Made by a program: the position numbers and the translations under genes. Below the pieces are notes generated by a model that was not told the origin of the DNA, ran no database searches, and saw only the letters and a program-made list of their open reading frames with translations. From positions 214,602 through 246,601 of the forward strand of contig NZ_JANKHG010000018.1 of NCBI RefSeq assembly GCF_024623725.1: 32,000 nt of DNA, in the 5' to 3' direction. This document shows, one piece after another, positions 26,230-32,000 of this stretch; position 1 is the first letter of the stretch; every line of letters begins with the position of its first letter. The DNA is from Limnobacter parvus (GTDB taxonomy: Bacteria > Pseudomonadota > Gammaproteobacteria > Burkholderiales > Burkholderiaceae_B).

Positions 26230-26526
26230 ATGAACGCACGTCAACTAATCGCTACTTCCGTACTGGCCATTTCAGCATCTTTTCCAGCCGTGGTGCTGGC
26301 CGGTGGTGATGCCACAACGCATGTATTCACCGAACAAAGCCAGCGCGGTCAGTTAACACGCCAGGTTGTCCTGAACGATTACATTCAAGCTGTTCAAGCA
26401 GGTGAATTCAACACAGTGCCTGGCGATGCAAGCGCGATTGTTCAACCCGGCAAATCCACTACAACACGCGCTGAAGTGTTGAGCATGATCAAAGGTGCAA
26501 ACCTTAACAAGGGCGATGCCAGCTAA
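26230..26526 (+). CDS. Secreted DUF4148-like small protein
   Basis: Signal peptide 'MNARQLIATSVLAISASFPAVVLAGG'. Two 'TR(Q/A)(V/E)V...' helical motifs typical of DUF4148. AGGAGA precedes the ATG at 26230. Confidence 0.7.
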   Translation: MNARQLIATSVLAISASFPAVVLAGGDATTHVFTEQSQRGQLTRQVVLNDYIQAVQAGEFNTVPGDASAIVQPGKSTTTRAEVLSMIKGANLNKGDAS

Positions 26527-26563
26527 TGGTTAAATAAATCAGTCGATGTGACGGTTTTCAAAG

Positions 26564-26600
26564 GGCGCCTGTGATTCCCCGCACAGGCGCCTTTTGTTTT
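26564..26600 (+). terminator. Rho-independent terminator after the DUF4148 gene
   Basis: 10-bp GC-rich stem GGCGCCTGTG (26564-26573) pairing with CACAGGCGCC (26582-26591), followed by TTTTGTTTT. Confidence 0.85.
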
Positions 26601-26629
26601 AAGATGAAGTTCGATCTTGCTTCAAAGCA

Positions 26630-27991
26630 GTGCTTCCCATGTCGTCCAGCAACAAACCCCCTGTAACTAAAAATGCCAATGAATCGGCAGTACCCGCTGG
26701 CCGCTTTGCGCGCTTAAGCCGCTTTGGTGCCTTGGCCACTACAGTGGCCGGGTCGGTGGTGAAAAATGGCACCAAACAGTTGGCGCAAGGCAAGCGGCCC
26801 AAGCTGAGCAGCCTGTTAATGACCCCCAAAAATGCCATGCGCGTGGCCGACCAACTGGCGCAACTGCGCGGTGCAGCCATGAAACTGGGGCAACTGGTGT
26901 CGATGGATGCCGGCGACATGCTGCCACCCCAACTGGCAGAAATTATGGCCAAGCTTCGGCAAGACGCCAAACACATGCCGCGCAAGCAACTGCTGGCAGT
27001 GCTTGAAAAAGAATGGGGCGAGAACTGGGATGAACGGGTTCGGGAATTTAATCTGACCCCAATTGCAGCTGCATCCATCGGCCAGGTGCATGAAGCCATT
27101 TCATTAACTGGTGAAAAGCTGGCGATTAAAATTCAGTATCCAGGTGTGCGCGACAGCATCGACAGCGACATCGACAACGTGGCCACCATTCTGCGCTTTA
27201 CAGGCCTGGTGCCCAAAACTTTTGATTTGGCTGCGCTGCTGGCTGAAGCCAAAAAGCAGTTGCACGAAGAAGCCGACTACCTGCGTGAAGCCGAGTGCAT
27301 TGTGAAATACACAGAAGCCTTGGGTGAAGACGAGCGATTTGAAATTCCCACCGTGGATGCCAGCTTGACCACGCGCGGTATTCTGGCCATGCGCTATGTG
27401 GAAGGTGTGCCGATTGAACAAATGGCACATGCCACACAGCCCGTTCGCGACAAAATTGCCACCACCATGTTCGAATTGTTGTTCAAAGAATTGCTGGGCA
27501 TGCGCCTGATGCAAACCGACCCCAACTTTGCGAACTACCGCTACAACCCCAAAACCGGCAAAGTGGTGCTTCTTGATTTTGGTGCCACACGCAGTTTCAA
27601 CAAAGAACTGGTGGATGGCTATGTGGATGTGATGAAAGCCGCGCAAGCCAGCAGCCGAAGCCAAATGGAAAAAGCGGGCCTGCGGATTGGCTACTTTGAT
27701 TCCACCACAAAACCTTACCACCGCGACCTGGTACTGGACTTGATGGAACTGGCCTGCATACCGCTGTGCACAGAAGGCGTATTCGATTTTGGCAACACCG
27801 ACCTGGCTGCAAAAATTCGTGACAAAGGCTTTGAGCTGGGCGAAGACAGAAAATTCTGGCATGCCCCACCCATTGATTGCCTGTTTATTCACCGCAAACT
27901 GGGTGGGCTGTTTTTGCTGGTCACCCGGCTGAAAGCGCGGGTGGATGTGGGGGCGTGTGTTGTATCAGGCGCTGTAGTTGCTAGGGTCTGA
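26630..27991 (+). CDS. ABC1/UbiB/AarF-family atypical protein kinase
   Basis: 'LKLGQLVSMDAGDMLPP', 'AAASIGQVHEA', 'LAIKIQYPGV', 'MQTDPNFANY' and 'VLLDFGA' are ABC1 kinase-like motifs. The start is either the GTG at 26630 or the ATG at 26639. Confidence 0.88.
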   Translation: MLPMSSSNKPPVTKNANESAVPAGRFARLSRFGALATTVAGSVVKNGTKQLAQGKRPKLSSLLMTPKNAMRVADQLAQLRGAAMKLGQLVSMDAGDMLPPQLAEIMAKLRQDAKHMPRKQLLAVLEKEWGENWDERVREFNLTPIAAASIGQVHEAISLTGEKLAIKIQYPGVRDSIDSDIDNVATILRFTGLVPKTFDLAALLAEAKKQLHEEADYLREAECIVKYTEALGEDERFEIPTVDASLTTRGILAMRYVEGVPIEQMAHATQPVRDKIATTMFELLFKELLGMRLMQTDPNFANYRYNPKTGKVVLLDFGATRSFNKELVDGYVDVMKAAQASSRSQMEKAGLRIGYFDSTTKPYHRDLVLDLMELACIPLCTEGVFDFGNTDLAAKIRDKGFELGEDRKFWHAPPIDCLFIHRKLGGLFLLVTRLKARVDVGACVVSGAVVARV

Positions 27992-28360
27992 GTAGTCTAC
28001 TGTGTCTTCGCCTGTAGACTCAGAATTACAACACGGCGTAGCCTCGCAAATCACCGCGCAACCCAACGAAACACCAGCCATCGCTGACAAAAGTCCACCA
28101 ACATACAAACAGTGGGCCAGAGCAATGGGGCTTGCATAAACATTCCCAGCAAACATTCCTACTGAACTTGCCAAACATCCAGCCGTAACACACATCATGC
28201 ATCTATTTATTTCGCGATCGATTTGCGATGATTGATTTCTATCCATCGATTGTTGCGCAGGCGCCTGGCTGGTCGCGGCATTTGAAATGGGTGTTGGCAT
28301 TAGAGTGCTCCATGGTGATAAAAGGACCACTTCGTTGCGTATTCCAACAATCAGTTCCAC
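27965..28360 (-). CDS. Hypothetical small Cys-rich membrane protein (111-131 aa)
   Basis: Two hydrophobic segments carrying 8 Cys ('CMMCVTAGC', 'HC', 'GCAVIC', 'PCC') and an acidic tail. Two possible starts have SD sequences: GTG at 28360 (GAGGAA 4 nt upstream) and ATG at 28300 (GGAG 7 nt upstream). It begins 25 nt downstream of the CDF gene. I recognise no family. Confidence 0.45.
   Translation of the reverse strand: MELIVGIRNEVVLLSPWSTLMPTPISNAATSQAPAQQSMDRNQSSQIDREINRCMMCVTAGCLASSVGMFAGNVYASPIALAHCLYVGGLLSAMAGVSLGCAVICEATPCCNSESTGEDTVDYSDPSNYSA
27987..28024. other. Interrupted 11-bp hairpin spanning the ABC1-kinase stop codon
   Basis: TCTGAG(tag)TCTAC (27987-28000) pairs with GTAGACTCAGA (28014-28024) around a 13-nt loop. 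There is no U-tract on either strand. It lies inside the 3' end of the convergent small ORF. Confidence 0.5.
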
Positions 28361-28385
28361 ATTTCCTCGGTATGGGTTGGTTCAG

Positions 28386-29006
28386 CTATGGCACCCGCAT
28401 TTCTCCCCGCGCCTGTTTGATCACACTGACTGAAGCAGACAAACCCAGTGAAGCCATAAGCGCCGCCACAACCAGATCAGGCCATGCGGTTTGGGTAACG
28501 CCCACCAACACCGCGGCACCCAACACCGCCAGGTTGCCAATTGCGTCGTTTCGGCTACACAGCCACACCGAACGCATATTGGAATCGCCCTCGCGGTACT
28601 TGTATTGAATGGCAGCCACCCCCACATTCACCGCCAAAGCCAACAGGGCAACCAAGCCCATGGTGGTGTGCACCGGCACTTCACCGCTGAATGCAGCGTA
28701 AAGCGCAAAACCCAATACACCCACACCATACAAACCCATTGAAACACCTTTCACCAACGCCGCCTTGGCGCGGGTTTGCAAAGCCATACTCAGTACGAAG
28801 AGGGACAATGCATAGTTGGCCGCATCGCCACCAAAATCTACGGCATCGGCCAACAAGGCCACGGAGCCCGAACGCCAGCTTGCACCAATTTCAATGAAAA
28901 ACATGGCCGCATTCGCAATCAATGCGATCCACAGCACCTTGCGGAAACCGGGGTTGGCGGCACTTACTGCAGCTTCGTCTGTGTGGCAATGGTTGCAACC
29001 GGGCAT
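28386..29006 (-). CDS. Cation diffusion facilitator (CDF) family transporter, membrane domain only
   Basis: The six-TM CDF core aligns with CzcD/ZitB: TM2 'SVALLADAVDFGGD' and TM5 'NMRSVWLCSRNDAIGNL'. N-terminal 'CNHCH'. The protein ends at residue 206, just after TM6. AAGGAAG SD sequence upstream. Confidence 0.8.
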   Translation of the reverse strand: MPGCNHCHTDEAAVSAANPGFRKVLWIALIANAAMFFIEIGASWRSGSVALLADAVDFGGDAANYALSLFVLSMALQTRAKAALVKGVSMGLYGVGVLGFALYAAFSGEVPVHTTMGLVALLALAVNVGVAAIQYKYREGDSNMRSVWLCSRNDAIGNLAVLGAAVLVGVTQTAWPDLVVAALMASLGLSASVSVIKQARGEMRVP

Positions 29007-29066
29007 GGCGCTTCCTTTATGAGTACGAACAACTACTCTATTAGAAACCCTGACACGGTGGCAAGG

Positions 29067-30353
29067 TCAAGGCCCACTCAAGGCCCACAACCTGTCTTGC
29101 CCCCACACCACGGTGTTGCCCACCATGAATGAAGGCACGCCCCACAAACCTGCCGCAAACAATTCCTCGCGGTTGGCCGCCGCGCGTTCCCGCCAGGTCT
29201 CGTGCTGCAAGGCCACCTGCGCGCCTTCCCAGCTCAATCCAGCGCGCTCCACGATTTTTCGGAGCCCCTTATCACTGCCTGCATCAATGCCTTCGGCCCA
29301 CACACCCTGCATGAAAGAGAGTACGAATTCCTGCCCCTTGCTGTGCTGCTCGGAAAATGGAATCAAAGCCAGGCCACGCTCGGTGGGTTTGCCAACGGGG
29401 TCGTTCAAGCGGCCAAACGGAATGCCGCGCACATGCGCTTCGCGCGCGGTGTCGTACACAATGTATTCGCGCTTCACTTTGGGCACCGGCAAGCCCCGCA
29501 TCACCATGGGCAACACAAAGCGCAAATTCACTTTTGCGCCCGTTCGCCGACCCAACTCAAAAATGCGTGGTGCCACAATGGCGGAATAGGGGCTGCGAAA
29601 TGAAAAGAAAAAATCAATGTTTGGCGGATGTTCAAGTGGCTGGGTTTGGGTTAGGCCATCGTCTGCAGGGAAAAGCACACCCGTTACACCCTCGTGTTGC
29701 GCGCCAAGTTCTTGCAGGCGTTGCTCCAAGTGGTAAAGCCGGTCAATGCCCCAATACCATTCGCCTTCGTAATACAGCATGCCGCCCAGGTAATGCCCCA
29801 GTTTTTCGCGCAGGGCGTCGGCTTCTGCAATATATGTTTGAACTTTTTCACTTGAAATAGCTTTCAAAGCATTGAGATGTTCGGGTGGGGTTTGCATTTC
29901 ATCTTTCGCCCACAACCACTGCCCCAGCGCACTGGCATGTTCAACAAACTGCCCACTTTCTATGGCTGCCACAAGACAATGGGTGGCGTGCGCACAGCGT
30001 TCTTTGTCGGGCTGTTTGCCATGATCAGTGAAATTCAAACCATGGTGTTTTGCAAGCAAAGCCGCATCTACGCGGCTGTAGGCCACCAGCCTGTCGCGTT
30101 CGGGCGCAGCTGAATCAGGTGGGAGGCTGACAATATAGGGCGTCAGCTCGACCTTGTAGCGCGCCAGAAAAAGCGGCAACGTCTGCGCCAACAAATGGCT
30201 GTAGGGGTCGTCAACTTGATGAAAATAGAAAACTTGATGGGGGCGGCCCGATGCCAAACGTTGCTTTTCAGCCTTGGCCCGCTTGGCCAGCAATGTGCTG
30301 CGCGCAAAGCGGCGTTGGGTAACAGTGGGCATCAGCAGGGTTTTCAAACTCAT
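29067..30353 (-). CDS. Tandem DsbA-like / 2-hydroxychromene-2-carboxylate isomerase (kappa-GST-like) protein
   Basis: There are two thioredoxin-fold halves. The second has 'DFFFSFRSPYSAIVAP' and a C-terminal 'GLWGVPSFMVGNTVVWGQDRL'. The first has 'VFYFHQVDDPYSHLLAQ' and 'GGMLYYEGEWYWGIDRL'. Confidence 0.75.
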   Translation of the reverse strand: MSLKTLLMPTVTQRRFARSTLLAKRAKAEKQRLASGRPHQVFYFHQVDDPYSHLLAQTLPLFLARYKVELTPYIVSLPPDSAAPERDRLVAYSRVDAALLAKHHGLNFTDHGKQPDKERCAHATHCLVAAIESGQFVEHASALGQWLWAKDEMQTPPEHLNALKAISSEKVQTYIAEADALREKLGHYLGGMLYYEGEWYWGIDRLYHLEQRLQELGAQHEGVTGVLFPADDGLTQTQPLEHPPNIDFFFSFRSPYSAIVAPRIFELGRRTGAKVNLRFVLPMVMRGLPVPKVKREYIVYDTAREAHVRGIPFGRLNDPVGKPTERGLALIPFSEQHSKGQEFVLSFMQGVWAEGIDAGSDKGLRKIVERAGLSWEGAQVALQHETWRERAAANREELFAAGLWGVPSFMVGNTVVWGQDRLWALSGP

Positions 30354-30379
30354 GGTGCCGCCTTTGAATTTTACACCCT

Positions 30380-30391
30380 GTTAATATTAAC
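30380..30391. promoter_or_regulatory. Perfect 12-bp AT-rich palindrome GTTAATATTAAC between the radical SAM gene and the DsbA-like gene
   Basis: Read directly. It lies 4 nt downstream of the radical SAM stop codon and 26 nt upstream of the DsbA-like ATG (30353). TAAAAT lies just downstream on the minus strand. Confidence 0.35.
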
Positions 30392-30395
30392 TGCT

Positions 30396-32000
30396 TTATT
30401 TCACCTGGGTATTAAGTTGGCTGTACAAAGCGCGCTCGATGAAATCTTTTTTCACCGAGGGGCGGGGCACTTGCTGATCAAACCAGCTGCGCACGTTTTG
30501 ATCCAGCCCAATGCCGTGCATGTAGTTGTACAAGGCGCGGTTCAGCCCTTCGCCCAGCGCAGCATGGTCTACCCCGGTGGGGTCAACAAAACCAATGTCG
30601 TTTTTTGCAAAGGTGCCTTGGGGCAGGGGCTTTAGTTGAATGCCGTATTCTTCCGGGTTCTTGCCCACGGGCGAATGCACGGTGCAGGCAAAACGGTGAA
30701 AATAGCCCGATTGAATACAGCCTTCTGCGAACAACTGGCGCACGTATTCCAGTGCATCGACTGTGTCTTGCACGGTTTGGGTGGGGAAGCCGTACATCAG
30801 GTAGGCATGCACCAGCACACCTGCATCGGTGAAGCCCTTGGTGACCCGCGCCACTTGTTCAACCGACACGCCCTTTTTCATCAAATTCAGAAGGCGATCA
30901 GATGCCACTTCAAGCCCGCCGCTGACGGCAATGCAACCGCTGTCGGCCAGCAACTGGCAAAGCTCGGGCGTGAAGGATTTTTCAAAACGAATGTTGCCCC
31001 ACCAGGAAATCGACACATTGCGTTCGATCAATTCCAGTGCCAAGGCCTTCAGCGCTTTGGGCGGTGCGGCTTCATCCACGAAGTGAAAACCGGTTTGCCC
31101 GGTTTCCGCCACAATGGCTTCAATGCGATTCACCAGCTCGGTGGCTGTTGCGTTTTCGTAGCGAGAAATGTAGTCGAGCGACACATCGCAAAAGCTGCAT
31201 TTTTTCCAGTAGCAGCCATGCGCCACGGTCAGCTTGTTCCAGCGCCCGTCGCTCCACAGGCGGTGCATGGGGTTCAGCATGTCGAGCAAGCTAAGGTAGC
31301 TGTGCAGTGGCAGGCCGTCCCAAGTGGGGGTGCCCACATCGCCGAAGGGCACATCGGGTTCGGCCCAGTTGGTGTACTGCACTTTGCCCTCGGCATTGCG
31401 CGTAAAGGTGCGCACCAAGCGCTGCGGGCCACGCTTGCCTTGCAAGTGCTCAATCAAACACAGCAGGGGGCGTTCGCCAGAATCAAGCGTAACGAAATCA
31501 ACAAAGTCGAACAGCCGTGGCTCGGCCAGTTCACGCAATTCCGTGTTGGCATAACCACCGCCCAAACCAATTTTAATGTCGGGGTTTTCGGCTTTCATGG
31601 CCTGCGCCATGCGCAAGGCAGCGTACACAGCGCCAGGAAAGGGCACCGACAACAACACCAGTTGCGGCTGCTGGCGCTTGAATTCAGCCAGCGTCAGTTC
31701 CACCAAAATTTCATCAATCAAAGTGAAAGGCTGTTGCAGGGCATTGGCCAACGGGTCGAAACTGGCCTGGCTGCCCGCCAACGATTCGGCGTAACGCACA
31801 AACTCGAAGCGTTCATCCACGGCATCGGCAATTACATCGGCCAAATCGTTTAAATACAGGGTGGCGAGGTGCCGGGCTTTGTCTTGCGCACCCAAGGCAC
31901 CGAAGGCCCAGGCCAGTGGGTCGCCGCCCTCTTCGTCCACATACACGTCCAGCGATTCAAACCGTGGGCCTTCGGGCAGAAAGCCCCGGCTATTGATTCG
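30396..32000 (-). CDS. B12-binding-domain radical SAM protein; N-terminus lies beyond the window edge
   Basis: The frame stays open from the track's GTG (31946) to nt 32000. Rossmann-like B12-binding region 'LVLLSVPFPGAVYAALRMAQAMKAENPDIKIGLGGGYA'. Cluster motif 'HGCYWKKCSFCD'. 'GFHFVDEA' and 'VSGGLEVASDRLLNLMKKG' are typical of class B radical SAM enzymes. Confidence 0.8.
   Translation of the reverse strand, partial: RINSRGFLPEGPRFESLDVYVDEEGGDPLAWAFGALGAQDKARHLATLYLNDLADVIADAVDERFEFVRYAESLAGSQASFDPLANALQQPFTLIDEILVELTLAEFKRQQPQLVLLSVPFPGAVYAALRMAQAMKAENPDIKIGLGGGYANTELRELAEPRLFDFVDFVTLDSGERPLLCLIEHLQGKRGPQRLVRTFTRNAEGKVQYTNWAEPDVPFGDVGTPTWDGLPLHSYLSLLDMLNPMHRLWSDGRWNKLTVAHGCYWKKCSFCDVSLDYISRYENATATELVNRIEAIVAETGQTGFHFVDEAAPPKALKALALELIERNVSISWWGNIRFEKSFTPELCQLLADSGCIAVSGGLEVASDRLLNLMKKGVSVEQVARVTKGFTDAGVLVHAYLMYGFPTQTVQDTVDALEYVRQLFAEGCIQSGYFHRFACTVHSPVGKNPEEYGIQLKPLPQGTFAKNDIGFVDPTGVDHAALGEGLNRALYNYMHGIGLDQNVRSWFDQQVPRPSVKKDFIERALYSQLNTQVK

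Noticed and set aside
30636-31853. Long plus-strand ORF (405 aa) antisense to the radical SAM gene. Similar long shadow ORFs occur at 27104-27892 (-), 26599-27099 (-), 17042-17587 (+), 19546-20103 (+), 20743-21297 (+), 5689-6210 (+) and 3106-3525 (-).
   Set aside because: Each lies wholly inside a gene with clear family motifs on the opposite strand or in another frame. Their translations are low-complexity (rich in His, Gln, Arg, Gly and Ala) with no recognisable motifs or SD sequences. This is typical of antisense open frames.
1-32000. Search for mobile elements, CRISPR arrays, tRNA or rRNA genes, toxin-antitoxin pairs and known defence-system signatures.
   Set aside because: I saw no transposase, integrase or recombinase motifs, no direct-repeat arrays, no intergenic region longer than about 190 nt, and no small adjacent ORF pairs of the TA type. 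Gene content looks like core chromosome.

Overview
The window looks like ordinary chromosomal DNA from a Gram-negative bacterium, probably a betaproteobacterium. That placement is an inference from a DUF4148 gene, PepSY-linked two-component systems and roughly 50-55% GC judged by eye. I saw no rRNA, tRNA, CRISPR array, transposase, integrase, phage gene or recognisable defence system. The centre of the window (11.7-23.3 kb, minus strand) is a complete C-P lyase phosphonate operon: phnF-D-C-E-G-H-I-J-K-L-M-N-P plus an extra DMT/EamA-type membrane gene. phnO is absent, and a candidate Pho box, -10 element and PhnF operator lie upstream. The rest is mostly signalling and envelope genes:
- a 5'-truncated hybrid histidine kinase, then TerC, a secreted histidine phosphatase, a fasciclin protein and an EamA transporter;
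- a 1380-aa sensor with one receiver domain and two complete kinase transmitter modules;
- an OmpR-type two-component system flanked by two PepSY genes that share an identical 12-nt upstream motif;
- a heavy-metal-type (CusRS/CopRS/HprRS-like) two-component system with a perfect palindromic box facing a DUF4148 gene;
- an ABC1/UbiB-type kinase.

I found no clear-cut novel system. The best candidate for an uncharacterised one is the co-directional minus-strand cluster at 27,965-32,000. It contains a B12-binding radical SAM enzyme with a non-canonical Cx4Cx2C motif and a tandem DsbA/HCCA-isomerase-like protein. It also contains a CDF transporter that lacks the cytoplasmic domain and has a Cys in the predicted transport site, and a small Cys-rich membrane ORF. 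Any function proposed for this cluster is hypothesis only.
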